DNA of 64,000 nucleotides from Macrostomum lignano (taxonomy: Eukaryota). The notes beneath the pieces were generated by a model that was not told the DNA's origin, did not search any database, and worked only from the letters and a program-made list of their open reading frames with translations. This document shows, one piece after another, positions 24,300-51,356 of this stretch; position 1 is the stretch's first letter, and each line of letters begins with the position of its first letter. The stretch lies in assembly GCA_002269645.1 (NCBI GenBank), contig NIVC01000773.1:124001-188000 (forward strand). Direction: 5' to 3'. Both the position numbers and the translations under genes were made by a program.

Positions 24300-26872
24300 A
24301 TGTCGTCGCTGTCAAAGAAGAGCGCCTACAATAGCCCGGGCGAGAGGGAGCGGCACCGAAGAGAACTGTCTTCTCTGCTAGACATTGCTGGCGTGGAATA
24401 CCGGTTCGTGCTGTTTCGCGGCGTTCCCGTGTGCCCTTTTCCCGGAGTAAAGAGGCGCGTGCAGGTAACCGAATGTTTTTCAGATTGATGCCAACATGCC
24501 GCGTCGTCTGCCCCCAGTCTAGTGAAAATGGCGTGTCGTGTACCGTATTTTACTTATAGGACACATTTTATCATAGACAGGATGGATGTACACAACCTGG
24601 CGCACTTTAAGCGACATTGTCACACAACCGGCGAGAGGCATTGCTGCCCATTCCGCCGACTCCCCTGAGCAGGCACACAAGCGCGCGGATACGTACGCAG
24701 TCATACGCACAGGCACACACTCACATAGGATTGTACATCGGCCCTAACTTTATTTATCGTTAGGCATGTACACTTCACTGTGCATTGGGGGTTGGCTTTC
24801 AAGGGCGTTAACTGCACGAGCAGAGCCAAGCCGAGATTCCAATTTAGTCCCAAATTAAGAGTTTTAGGCCTAAGATTTTAGGCCTAAGATTTTAGGCCTA
24901 AAATGAACATGCAATGACAGCGTGATTCTGATAGCTATTGTGCCTAAATGTAGGAGATGCAGATATCCATCAGACTCACAGGTTTGGAGTGAGGCTCTTG
25001 GGTTTTGGGTGAGACTCTTAGGTTTGCAGTTATTGATTTTTCAGTAAGACTCATAGCTTTGCAAATTTTGTTAAAAGTCAAAACTGACCTTGACTTTGTA
25101 GTGCATATTCTTTTTGATTAAACAACTTTGCAGACCTACTGGGATAGCTTCCGGCCGAGACAGTCAGATGTGTGGGTGTGCGCATTCGTCAAGTCCGGCA
25201 CACACTGGGTGAACGAGATAGCTCACATGCTGCTCAGGGTAAGCACCAGGTCCGCGTGTCGTGTGAATTTTACTGGGTAAAAGTGTCCTTCTTTTTTAGC
25301 TGTCCATGTCTGATGCTCCTCTGAACTGAACTCACTATTCAGGGCAGCACGGAGGCACCCAAAGCCAAGGAGGAGTTCATGCTGGAGCGAGTCGACTGCG
25401 AAGTGCTGCAGAATCTGCCCAGCCCGAGGCTGATGAACACCCACCTGCACTTCAGCCAGCTACCCGAGCAGATCCTCTCCGCCAGGAAAGGAAAGATCAT
25501 CTTCGTCACCAGAGACGTCCGCGATGTGGCGGTTTCGTTGTTTCACCACCAGCGAACCCGAGCTGCTGACAACCTGACTCGATACGACACCACCTGGCAG
25601 GCCCATCTCGACACATTCTGCAAGGGACTTTCGCAAAACGGTTCCTGGTTTGATTACATCAAGGTTTGCCATTACTGTTTGGTAGCGCACGAATGCTTAA
25701 AGTCACATTCGTGCGTTGTAGGACCGGTTTCTGAGTTCGTTTCCTTCGCTTGGCATGACTGCATGACTTTCTGTTGAAATGACCTATGACGCACGTTTGG
25801 GACTCTCACTACTGTGTCTCTGTTTATGATTTCTTGTACCAGTATTAGAGCCAAATAACTGAGTCAACTGACTTTTCCTGATGATACAATCACAAGGGTC
25901 TTTCTAGTGTGGAGACATTTCCGTTGAACATTACGGTCCTGCTTCCTAATGGCTGAGACTGAGGTTCAGCATTTCCTTGGTTGGTAATGCATTAAAAACT
26001 GGATAGAAACTTCATAGCCGAAAAAATAGATCACTACAGTGTGACACCAGGTTTCACCGAAAGGAAAGTAAGCATTGCTTTTAGTTAAGTTGCCGACACC
26101 AACATCAACTCTCAAATTTGAAGGGTTGGCACGAAGGATGTCTCAAACAACAGCCAGACAATGTGCTGCACCTCACTTACGAAGGCATGCTGGCCGACCA
26201 TCGAGGAGCCATCGACAGTTTGGCCAGCTTCCTCCTGACCCCGGAGCAGCGCTGCCGGCTCGACGAGGCCTTCATGAAACGGGTGCAACAGCTCACCGAG
26301 TTTGAGCACATGCGCCAAGCTCACTCTGGCAAGACGGCAATAGAGATCTATCGGAATGGGAAGGTGGTTAACATGTCTAATCCTAGCTTATATAGGATTT
26401 TAAGAAATTCAAAGTTGAGTCGAAATTCGGAAAACATCTAAAACTCCATCATCTCTAGATTTATTGACCCGTCTTCCTTCATCTCTAGATTCCTTGACAC
26501 CGTCTACCATCATCTCTAGATTCCTTGACACCGTCTCCCATCATCTCTAGACTCCTTGACACCGTCTCCCATCATCTCTAGATTCCTTGACACCGTCTCC
26601 CATCACCTCTAGACTGCTTGACAGCATGAATCCTTGGCGAAAGCAATCAAATTGTGCTACAAATTTTCTCAAATAAATTTCGAGTATCTTCTCTACCGAA
26701 TTTCCCGTCAAAGTTTAAGAAAGTTCGAATAAATATTTTTTAGACCGGCAGCTGGCGAGGCCAGTTCTCCGAGCTGGACTTGTTCGACCTTCGCGCCAGG
26801 CTGTTCGACCCGCTCAGCCCCGAGGACCAGAGCCTGTTTCTGCGCTACTCAAGCATGACCAGCTGGGCCTGA
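24300..26872 (+). CDS. Cytosolic sulfotransferase (Sulfotransfer_1 family), 5 exons, ~319 aa
   Basis: Exons 24300-24464, 25134-25238, 25343-25663, 26124-26363, 26744-26872, all phase 0 GT-AG. Motifs DVWVCAFVKSGTHW (5'-PSB loop), SPRLMNTHL, IIFVTRDVRDVAVSLF (3'-PB), LHLTYEGM, RNGKTGSWRGQF. Confidence 0.9.
26449..26625. repeat. 31-bp minisatellite (CATCATCTCTAGATTCCTTGACACCGTCTCC), ~5 copies, in sulfotransferase intron 4
   Basis: Direct inspection. Confidence 0.9.
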
Positions 26873-28037
26873 GGGATTTCTCTCGTTTGCGAATGATTTT
26901 CGCAACTCACTACTAAGCAGTAATTATTGGTACCTCAGTGTGTTGTGCTGCTTCTTACAATACTATGGCTAACAATAACTCCGTCGTCATTTTATTTGAG
27001 TAAAATCTGCCCGGTAGTTTTGTTAATTCTTGTTGAAAAGTTAATAAAATTTTTAATTCAAAAAGTCAAAAAGTTAAAAACACAATTTTAATGCATTGTG
27101 CAGCAGTACTAAGAAACTCGAAGCAGAATGGAAAATAGTGCACTGACTGTTGCTATAGCAACGTCAATTTCTAAGTAGAATCAACTTTATTGAAATCTGA
27201 GCATTCCAGATGTGCAACTTCATGCCAGAGGTTGTGAAGCCAATTCTTGTTCTTCAAATTGTCTTGTTCAATATACCAATGAGCAAGGAAATTTCCTATC
27301 AACAAATCTAACAGGCTCAGCCTTGTGTAACAGCGGTACTGACCCTACTTGGCAGCGTGCCAACTACAGAGTAATTTCAAAAGCAACAACATGGAGCACT
27401 GGCGCTATGGACAACAAAAGTAAAAGGACTGCATCACAAGTTGTTCTATTCTAGTTGAGTTTTGATAAAAAATGATTGAAAACCTGCGAAATACGAGTAT
27501 AAAGCGTGTGTTGATGGAGACAGTTGATGGGAGCATTGCTTGACCTGCCTGTCTTCGGTAGTGTTTCTAGAATATCATATGGATAGCCCATCGAGAAAAC
27601 GCCTGCTTGCCTTTTGCTGAGGGGAATTGCTGAGATGCCAATGCTCAAGAGGCTTTGATTCCAAGTCTCACAGGAGATGCTGATATCTTAGGCTAGATAG
27701 CTGGCCTTCAGGGCTGATTTTTTTGCCTTAAACATCATTTTTTTCTCGGGATACTAACCATAGCGACTGTGCAAGGTCAAAAGTTACATCACAACGAAGA
27801 AATCCCTAATCAACTATTGCATTTGCAGCGAGAACCGGTCCTCCTGTGATTTGCGAGAGAGTGCAGAATCCTTCGACTTGAGCTGTTCACGGGTGCGAGA
27901 CCTAATAAAAACAAGTCCAACTCACAACAAAAACAATGTTTTGCTTTGTCAATCAATCAATAGCCCTGTGGTCTGCCAGGGTAGAAAAAATACAGCCGTC
28001 AAACACGCATCTCGGGTAGAGAAAAAACTCGCAGTTG

Positions 28038-41875
<13,838 letters not shown>

Positions 41876-43048
41876 TCCGCCTGCATCTGCCACAAGAGGT
41901 TGGCAAATCTGCGAAATAACCAACTTATTATATAGAAGGTTGCCGTCCGCGCTAGAGTGGCTCCACTTTTCCAGCCTCGGAGAAAAAAGCGTTTATATAT
42001 GACCAGTTCAAACTGAAAATTACAGACTGAGAACTGCTGAGAAGCAATTTGGAGGCCCGAGCTCATTCTTTTTATCCCTCTACTCCCCTCTGCTGCTCCT
42101 GGGGAATGAGCGAAATTCGAAACTGGAAAGCTGCGATGTCGCGAGTTTCCTTTCGTCTTCTTTTGTTCGACTAAAAAGGGGCACCGCGACTTCTCTCAGC
42201 CTTCCTGAGTTCACCGGACACCGCCGCAGGTGCATGCTCGGTCACGCGCCTTTGACTGTCTGTCCTCTCATTAGTTTCTGCCCTGCAGGTCCAGTGGCGC
42301 CTCACTGCCGCGGCTCCTCTTTGACAGACTTTTTATCAAGCAGAAAATCGTACGGCTATTGCAGTTTTCGACACCCAATTTCTATAGAAATCTTTCCTGT
42401 CTTTTGCGCCACGCTTTCCGTTTGAGGCGAGATAAACAGGACCGGTCCAGAGACCCGTGATTAGCATGCTTACTGTTATTTTCTTCTCTGATGCGGCAAA
42501 CTGCCGATCCACACTTTGCTGTTCTCACTTCTCCCCTATCCCCCGTCTCCCCCTCTTATCTACCCTCTCCTCCATCTTCGAACTCTGCAATCAAGTGGCC
42601 ATTTAATGCTAATTTAAAGATAATTCAATAAAATCTTTAAATTAATTCCCTTTTTCCTTGGGTTAATGTGAAATGCAGTGGTTCGCGCCCATCAGAGGTC
42701 TTCCAGCGTGGCACTTTGGCAATTCCCTTCCACTCTGGAGGCAAGAGCTAGGCTATTTTTAGCTCAAGCGACGAAGCCCGCCCGGCAGCGGTCTGAAAGA
42801 TCTATTTTTAGCAACAGAGCATTACCCAAGCTTTAAGAAAGTCTTCCACGCTGGCAATATTGCAAAAGCTCACGGCGGCATGGCGGGTTACGCGTTGGAG
42901 GAAACTGTGCTGGAGGAGTAGGCCAACCCCAGAGAGCACGAACAGCATAAATAGGACCAGCCTCCCAAGTTTGAAGGGAGCAAGAACAAGCCGCCAAAGC
43001 TAACAAGCCTTTTAAGCCTTTAAGCAGTAAAAACTACAATTCGAAGTT

Positions 43049-43606
43049 ATGGGCGTCTGGCTGTCAAAACTGCTGGAGAATTTCGCCGACGGCCCGCCGG
43101 CCCGGGTGCTGATGCTGGGCCTGGACGCGGCAGGCAAGACCACCATCCTGTACAAGGTGAAGCTCAACGAGACGGTCACCACAATTCCCACAATCGGCTT
43201 CAACGTTGAAGAGGTCAGGCCCTGCAAAGGCGTCAGCTTCACTGTCTGGGACGTCGGCGGCCAGGAACGGATCCGCGCCCTGTGGCGGCACTACTACCAG
43301 AACTCTGAAGGCCTGCTGTTCATCGTCGACTCCGCCGATCGCGAGAGATTCGCCGAGGCCCGCCAGGAGCTCCTGGGCGTGCTGGAGGCGGACGAGATGC
43401 GCCGAGTCCCTGTGGTGGTGGTCGCCAACAAGCAGGACCTGCCGCATGCCGTCAGCGTGTCGGAGCTGGCCGGAGCTCTGGGGCTACACAAGCTGACTGG
43501 CCGGCAGTGGCACATCCAGGGCGCCACGGCCACGACAGGCGACGGCATCTACGAATCCATGCATGAGCTCAGCCGGCTGGTCAAGGAGTTCCGGCGAACT
43601 CGCTGA
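43049..43606 (+). CDS. ARF: ADP-ribosylation factor (ARF) family small GTPase, intronless, 185 aa
   Basis: MG myristoylation start, [43 protein letters not shown]. Confidence 0.95.
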   Translation: MGVWLSKLLENFADGPPARVLMLGLDAAGKTTILYKVKLNETVTTIPTIGFNVEEVRPCKGVSFTVWDVGGQERIRALWRHYYQNSEGLLFIVDSADRERFAEARQELLGVLEADEMRRVPVVVVANKQDLPHAVSVSELAGALGLHKLTGRQWHIQGATATTGDGIYESMHELSRLVKEFRRTR

Positions 43607-43888
43607 TTTGTATAATTGCATAGTGAACCTGCATAATAACTATATTATATTGCCTATTAACCAGGATTAATAATACCCGCCCTCTGTACAATGCCTCATT
43701 TTTAATGAACAAAAAATAAATCTATATAATTCGTAAAAATGATCAAATTTATGATTAATTAACGAAGCAATTGTAGTCGGGCATCATAGTTTAAGGGTCT
43801 GAGGTCGATTTGCCTTAACGCTACTGTTAGTAGTTTACGGAAATGTTAGTAAGATGTTTAGCCTGGAGTGGAGGTAATTAAGATTAGT

Positions 43889-43958
43889 GGTTAGCGGAAT
43901 GGGCGACCCTCGCCTCCCCGCTGTGTCTACGTACCACCCTGCAGCTAAGTCAAGTAAG
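43889..43958 (+). mobile_element. Short 3'-end fragment of the LINE family also seen at 60180-60624
   Basis: GGTTAGCGGAATGGGCG...CGCCTCC...CCCTGCAGCTAAGTCAAGTAAG matches 60550-60624. Confidence 0.6.
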
Positions 43959-43977
43959 AGCTGTAAACATGGAGTCT

Positions 43978-44307
43978 GATAATAATAATAATAATAATAT
44001 TCATAATAATAATAATTGATTTCACTCGCCCTAATGGCCAGATGTGCAACCGACAGCTCAGCCGCAGCTATTGCGCGGCGCATCTGAAGGCTGCGTACGG
44101 CTGTTCAGTCCAAGGACTGGGGGGTCGCCACACACAGCCTCAATTACCCCAGCTAATTCTGGCACCCATTTTACAGCTGAGTGAACTGAAGCAATGCAGG
44201 GTTCAGTGTCTCTTGCTCAAGGACACAAATTGTTCCGAGTGGGGTCGAGAATCGAACCCCCGACCTTTAAGTCGTGAATCCGACGCTCTGACCACTAGAC
44301 TACAACC
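43978..44307 (-). mobile_element. tRNA-derived SINE with CORE-like central domain and (TTA)n tail
   Basis: Minus strand: A box TAGTCTAGTGGTC, B box GGTTCGATTC, then GTGTCCTTGAGCAAGAGACACTGAACC...CAGCTGTAAAATGGG, ending in ATT repeats. Confidence 0.8.
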
Positions 44308-44769
44308 TAGTCTAGCAAATATTTAACTTAATAATAATTAACAAGACATTTTGGAACCTGTGTACGAACTCTTTCACACCATACAAAGATGGTTTTCAGA
44401 ATCTGCTTGTATTCCTTATCTTACGTTCCGCATAGCAACTAATGTATATTTAACTGTTTTCAAATACTAGATCGATTAATCACATATTACATGAAGCAAA
44501 TAGAAATACAGCGAGTGTACATAATCATAATTACAAAAGTACATTAGTATAATAAATATGCTCAAAGTCTCATAATTTATATAGTACTTTTTTCGTGTAT
44601 TTTTCATTAAGTGAAAGACTCACGGTGGGTTGGATTTTTCAAAGCAAGAATGAATTTAATGCGCGGAGAATCACACAAATCATTCGCGATTATCAAACTC
44701 TATGAATGAAATCGAATCAAATATATTCATTTTTGTGATGAGCAAAAATATTACAGATGGCAACTTCTC

Positions 44770-45845
44770 TAATACTGCAGATTTTAGACGGTAGATTTTG
44801 ATGATGGCAGATTTTAGACAGTAGATTTTGATGATGGCAGATTTTAGACAGTAGATTTTGATGATGGCAGATTTTAGACAGTAGATTTTGATGATGGCAG
44901 ATTTTAGACAGTAGATTTTGATGGCAGATTTTAGACAGTAGATTTTGATGGCAGATTTTAGACAGTAGATTTTGTTGATGGCAGATTTTAGACGGTAGAT
45001 TTTGATGATGGCAGATTTTAGACGGTAGATTTTGATGATGGCAGATTTTAGACGGTAGATTTTGATGATGGCAGATTTTAGACGGTAGATTTTGATGATG
45101 GCAGATTTTAGACGGTAGATTTTGATGATGGCAGATTTTAGACGGTAGATTTTGTTGATGGCAGATTTTAGACAGTAGATTTTGATGATGGCAGATTTTA
45201 GACGGTAGATTTTGATGATGGCAGATTTTAGACAGTAGATTTTGATGATGGCAGATTTTAGACAGTAGATTTTGTTGATGGCAGATTTTAGACAGTAGAT
45301 TTTGATGATGGCAGATTTTAGACAGTAGATTTTGACGATGGCAGATTTTAGCCAGTAGATTTTGTTGATGGCAGATTTTAGACAGTAGATTTTGTTGATG
45401 GCAGATTTTAGACAGTAGATTTTGTTGATGGCAGATTTTAGACGGTAGATTTTGATGGCAGATTTTAGCCCTTAGATTTTGTTGATGGCAGATTTTAGAC
45501 AGTAGATTTTGATGATGGCAGATTTTAGACGGTAGATTTTGATGATGGCAGATTTTAGACAGTAGATTTTGATGGCAGATTTTAGCCCTTAGATTTTGTT
45601 GATGGCAGATTTTAGACAGTAGATTTTGATGATGGCAGATTTTAGACAGTAGATTTTGTTGATGGCAGATTTTAGACAGTAGATTTTGATGATGGCAGAT
45701 TTTAGACGGTAGATTTTGATGATGGCAGATTTTAGACGGTAGATTTTGATGATGGCAGATTTTAGACAGTAGATTTTGACGATGGCAGATTTTAGACGGT
45801 AGATTTTGTTGATGGCAGATTTTAGACGGTAGATTTTGATGATGA
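44770..45845. repeat. 30-bp (27-bp variants) minisatellite GATGGCAGATTTTAGACRGTAGATTTTGAT, ~36 copies
   Basis: Direct inspection. Confidence 0.95.
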
Positions 45846-46254
45846 AAGATATTCATAACAAATTTAGATGGCCAAGTCGAGGTCAGACTTAACAGCAAAA
45901 TGAATGGCCCTGACGACAGAAAGCAAGTCGCAAAATTGACAGAAACAAGAAAAAATCCGGTGAGTCATGGAGACCCAGACCAACAAGCAACACAAGAACA
46001 ATGTCAAGAACTCAGGGGGGAATCCGATGAATGAAAAATAAATGTTCGAATTCATGTTCAAACAAAACTGATACAAATTGCGCGTGCAGATTAAAAAACA
46101 AGCCCATTTTATGCGAAACCTGTAGACAGAAGACAGGTGTGAACATAAATTTTTGAGCACTGTTGACCAAGCCTTGACATTAGGAAGGATTAGCAAAGAA
46201 TCCCGAGGATTAGGGATAATTTATGGGTAATTCATTTAATTAAAAGGATTAGCG

Positions 46255-46885
46255 AATAGTCCAGGAGATTAGCAAGGATTAGCGGTTAATCCTAAAGATT
46301 AGCAAGAATTAGCGGTTAATCCCAGAGAATAGGGAGGATTAGCGGTTAATCCTGGGGATTAGGGAGGATTAGCGGTTAATCCTGGGGATTAGGGAGGATT
46401 AGCGGTTAATCCTGCAGATTAGGGAGGATTAGCGGTTAATCCTGGGGATTAGGGAGGATTAGCGGTTAATCCTGGGGATTAGGGAGGATTAGCGGTTAAT
46501 CCTGGGGATTAGGGAGGATTAGCGGTTAATCCTGGGGATTAGGGAGGATTAGCGGTTAATCCTGGGGATTAAGGAGGATTAGCGGTTAATCCTGGGGATT
46601 AGGGAGGATTAGCGGTTAATCCTGGGGATTAAGGAGGATTAGCGGTTAATCCTGGGGATTAGGGAGGATTAGCGGTTAATCCTGGGGATTAAGGAGGATT
46701 AGCGGTTAATCTTGGGGATTAGGGAGGATTAGCGGTTAATCCTGGGGATTAGGGAGGATTAGCGGTTAATCCTGGGGATTAGGGAGGATTAGCGGTTAAT
46801 CCTAGAGACAAGGAAGGTTTCGTGCGTAGTCCTGGACATAAGGGGGGATTAGCGGTTAATCCTGGGGACTAGGGAGGATTAGCAA
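46255..46885. repeat. 30-bp minisatellite GGATTAGCGGTTAATCCTGGGGATTAGGGA, ~20 copies
   Basis: Direct inspection. Confidence 0.95.
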
Positions 46886-46991
46886 ATAAAACCTGGTTTT
46901 CAAGGTGGACTAGCAACTCAGCAAAGAGATCTGAGAATGCTAAGAGAATGATAAAAATCGATGCGACAGGGCTAGCCAGACGAGGCGAACA

Positions 46992-47508
46992 TCAAAGGAA
47001 CACGTATTCGTCAGTAGACAGAGTGGCGTAGCCATCGCTGTGAAAGCTGATCTGGTGCACCCGCAGCAGGGACTCCTCCAGCTCAGTGTAGGACTCGTGC
47101 TCCCGCTGGCTGGCGTCTGTACCGATGGAGAACAGCGGCAGGGCGGTGGCCGCTGCCGAGTAGGATCCACTGGCGCTGGCCGCCGCTGCTCGATCCTGCG
47201 GGCTGGCCGCGCAGACGTCAACGCGCCGAAGGAAGCTGTCGGCTTCGGGCCAGGAGCGCAGCAGGAAGCCCAGGGCGCAGCTGGGGTCCAGCTCGGGCAG
47301 GCGCACCAGCCTTGGTCGGGCTCGGTAGTGCAGGCCGGGGCCCGCGCTGGCCGGCTCGCACACGTGCGGGTCCAGGTATAGCAGCCGGTCGCCTTGGTAA
47401 CCGAATATGTAAACAGAGTGGCGGGGCCGGCCGCCCAGCATGCCGACGCAGGCCTCGTCGCCTAGGAGAACCTGGCCGTTAAAAGAATGGAATGTTGAGA
47501 GAAGCGGC

Positions 47509-47549
<41 letters not shown>

Positions 47550-47622
47550 GCCTGCCTGTCTGTCTGTCTGTCTGTCTGTGTGTCTGTCTGTCTATCTGTC
47601 TGTCTGTCTCTCTGCCTGCCTA

Positions 47623-47653
<31 letters not shown>

Positions 47654-47840
47654 GCGTGCCTGCCTGTCTGTCTGTCTGTCTGTCTCTCTGCCTGCCTGCC
47701 TGTCTGTCTGTCTGTCTGTCTCTCTGCCTGCCTGCCTGTCTGTCTGTCTGTCTCTCTGCCTGCCTGCCTGCCTGTCTGTCTGTCTGTCTCTCTGCCTACC
47801 TGTCTGTCTGTCTGTCTGTCTGTCTCTCTGCCTGCCTGCC

Positions 47841-47873
<33 letters not shown>

Positions 47874-50800
47874 GCCTGCTCGCCTGCCTGTCTGTTTGTC
47901 TGTCTCTCTGCCTGCCTGCCTGTCTGTCTGTCTGTCTGTCTGTCTCTCTGCCTACCTGTCTGTCTGTCTGTCTGTCTGTCTGTCTGCCTCTGCCTGTCTG
48001 TCCGTCTGCCTCTGTCTATCTGTCTGTCTGTCTCTCTGTCTGTCTCTGTTTGTCTGTCTGTCTGTCTGTCTGACTGACTGTCTGTGCCTGCCTGTCTGCG
48101 TCTGTCTGTCTGTCTGTCTCTGTTTGTCTGTCTGTATGTCTGACTGACTGTCTGTGCCTGCCTGTCTGCCTCTGTCTATCTGTATCTAAGCCCCATGTCA
48201 GTCGGGCCGCCTCCTCACCTGCAGCGCGGCCAGGTACATGGGGTTGGCCTGGCGGGCCCCGCCCAGCCAGAGCGGCAGCAGCAGCAGCACGGCCCGATTG
48301 TCACGGAACGCGTTGGGTCGCAGCATCTCGGCCAGCTGGTCCCGGTTGATGCAGGACTGCCGGGCCACCAGCACGCTCAGCGTGGCCAGCATCGGCTCGT
48401 AGGACGCCTCCTTGATGCAGAGGGTGTTGCATCGGCTTATTTCATTTCGACTCGAATGCTGATACCCTCCTCAATACTGCGTCTGCAAACCTGAATCTAG
48501 TCGAGCCTCTCTATTGGATTAAGTCCCCGAATGGATATAAAAAATTCTCGCTTTGCGGCATTAGACTTTCAGTATTAGGGATCAGAATCCCATGAAAGGG
48601 GACCAGAATCTAATGTAAGGGGATCAGAATCCCATATAAGAGAATCAAATCAAAATCTCATGAAAGGGATTAGAATCCCAAGAGAGGGGATCAGAATTCC
48701 ATGAAAAGAGGATCAGAAAGCCAGGAAAAAGGATCAGAATCCCATCAAAGGGGATCCGAATCCCATCAAAGGGGATCAGAAGCCCAGCATAGGTGATCAG
48801 AATCCCATTAAAGGGGATCAGAATCCCATCAAAGGGGATCAGAATCCCATTAAAGGGGATCAGAATCCCATCAAAGGGGATCAGAATCCCATCAAAGGGG
48901 ATCAGAATCCCATCAAAGGGGATTAGAATCCCACCAAAGGTGATCAGAATCCCATCAAAGGGGATTAGAATCCCATCAAAGGGGATCAGAATCCCATCAA
49001 AGGGGATTAGAATCCCATCAAAGGGGATCAGAATCTCATGAAAGGGGATTAGAATCCCATCAAAGGGGATTAGAATCCCATTAAAGGGGATCAGAATCCC
49101 ATTAAAGGGGATCAGAATCCCATCAAAGGGGATCAGAATCCCTTGAAAGGGATCAGAATCCCATGAAAGGGATCAGAATCCCATGAAAGGGATCAGAATC
49201 CCATGAAAGGGGATCAGAATCCCATCCTAGGTAATCAGTAATTCGAGTCGCACCTGCACAGCCTGTCGAACAGCCTCGGCAGCGGTGGCGGGCCCGATGA
49301 ACCGGCCGGGGGAGCACCGCTAGCGCACTGGAGCAGCCGACGCAGCGACAACTGGCCGGTGCTTTCGTTGAACAAATTCAACAGCTGGCCAACCAGCTGC
49401 TGACCGGCAGGCTGCTGCCTCTGCCGCTGCTCCTGCTGCACTCGCCAGCCTCTGCCGAGATGAAGCATCTGCAGCGCGTTGCCAAGCAGCATCTGAGCGC
49501 AACGGTACATGCAGCCCCAGCCGGCGTCTGTGCTGAACTGCCGGCGGCCGATGACTTCTCTGGCGCCACTGCCGCTCTTGGCCATGTTCGACTGCTGGGG
49601 CGACAGCACGATTGGCTCGAAATTCTTCCTGTGATGTTAATATGCGCAGTTATATAATACTTGAAGTTGTATATTACTGACAGTAGAGCAAGAGAGTTTT
49701 CAAGATAAAAATTCACAGCGCGATTTTTAAATTTTTTAAACAGGGCGATTTCTAAAAACTCTCGGGGCGATTCCTAAAAACTCTCGGGGCGATTCTTAAA
49801 ATCTTTCGGGGCGATTCTGAAAAACTCTCAGGGAGATTCTTAAAATCTTTCAGGGCGATTCTGAAAAACTCTCAGGGCGATTTTTAAATCTTTCGGGGCG
49901 ATTCTGAAAAACTCTCAGGGCGATTTTTAAATCTTTCGGGGCGATTCTGAAAATCTTTCAGGGCGATTCTGAAACACTCAGGGCGATTTTTTAAATCTTT
50001 CAGGGCGATTCTGAAAAATCTCAAGGCGATTCTGAAAAACTCTCAGGGCGATGCTTAAAAACTCTTTTGGCAATTTCTTTAAACTATTAAAAAGATTGTT
50101 TTAAACCTTCAGAAAATACAGAAATATTTTCAGGGGATGTGTGATGCACGGGAGCGAAGCATTTTAAAAAACCTGCGATTCCGAAGGGGGAATTCTCACC
50201 TGTAGCAGGCAAAAAACCGCGAGCCCATATCGGAGGCGAGCTGCTTGGTCTGGTCTGGCTGGTTCGTATCATAGAAAGCGCCCAGGCAGCAAACCGGCTG
50301 AGACTTGGACAATCTGAGACCTGTGCTCAAATTCAACGAGTACCGAAACGAGTTCCACAGGTCTGACACCGTGTCTTTGAGTTGTTGCTGCTGCTGTTGC
50401 TGACGCCGCGGCTGCTGCAACGACTCGGCGCACGAAGAGGAACGGCGCAACGACTGAACTGGCGCGCTCGTAGGCGAAGAAGAGATGTTGAAGTTCGAAG
50501 CTGATGGGGCGGCATCCCAGCCTCCGCAATTGCTTCCACCTCTTTCGCCTTTGGAGTCGAACTCGTAAACGTCGTAGCCGTTGCGACTGCGATCGACCTG
50601 CACGAAGGTGCCGCCGTCCGGTAGGTGGCGCTGCTGCCGATGCAGCTGCACTGAGGCTGCGGCCTCGCTAGGAGGCTCAAACCCGTTAAAGGTTGCCTGG
50701 AGAATACAATTGGGATGGGATGTAAATCACAGGTATGGGACTGGGATTCACAGGTATGGTACTGGGAATCACAGGTATGGGACTGGGATTCACAGGTATG

Positions 50801-51177
50801 GGACTGGGATTCACAGGTATGGGACTGGGAATCACAGGTATGGGACTGGCAATCACAGGTATGGGACTGGGAATCACAGGAATGGGACTAGGAATCACAG
50901 GTATGGGACTGGCAATCACAGGTATTGGACTGGCAATCACAGGTATGGGACTGGCAATCACAGGTATGGGACTGGCAATCACAGGTATGGGACTGGCAAT
51001 CACAGGTATGGGACTGGGAATTACAGTTATAGGACTGGGAATCATAGGTATAGGACCGAGATTCACAGGTATAGATGGGACTTAGATTCGCTAATCTGGG
51101 ACTCGAAGCTACTCGAAGATTAACGAGACAATATCCTTTTTAAACTTACGACCACAGATGCTTAACATGCTCATCAT
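46992..51177 (-). CDS. ATG4: Cysteine protease ATG4 (peptidase C54), 5 exons, ~508 aa
   Basis: Exons 51177-51150 (tentative), 50650-50200, 49628-49254, 48410-48219 (5' edge tentative), 47471-46992. Motifs [20 protein letters not shown] (catalytic C), [16 protein letters not shown] (D/H), C-terminal LIR-like DEYVFL. +1 nt is needed in the run at 49308-49312 to give PGRFIGP. Confidence 0.9.
47508..48185. repeat. (TCTG)n / CCTG microsatellite, ATG4 intron
   Basis: Direct inspection. Confidence 0.96.
48578..49227. repeat. 21-bp minisatellite GGGGATCAGAATCCCATCAAA, ATG4 intron
   Basis: Direct inspection. Confidence 0.94.
49745..50060. repeat. ~21-22-bp minisatellite GGGCGATTCTGAAAAACTCTCA, ATG4 intron
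   Basis: Direct inspection. Confidence 0.88.
50718..51070. repeat. 21-bp minisatellite GGGACTGGSAATCACAGGTAT, ATG4 intron
   Basis: Direct inspection. Confidence 0.92.
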
Positions 51178-51356
51178 TAGTTCAAGCAAGGAGTTTACAA
51201 AGAAGCCAAAGCATAAGTCAAGAATTGCAATTTTTCTTAATCCAACGATTTTATTATCGGCTAATCAGCAGGCTCGCTCTAATAGGCCAAGCTTAAATCC
51301 TTAGCAACCTGATGGGCACCAGTCAGTCCGGCAATCCGAAAATCGAGTCAATCAAT

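Noticed and set aside
44235-44307. tRNA gene
   Set aside because: A/B boxes are present, but it is the head of a SINE with downstream core and tail and no complete cloverleaf.
47440-48147. Cys/Leu-rich CLSV ORFs
   Set aside because: Antisense translation of the TCTG microsatellite in an ATG4 intron.
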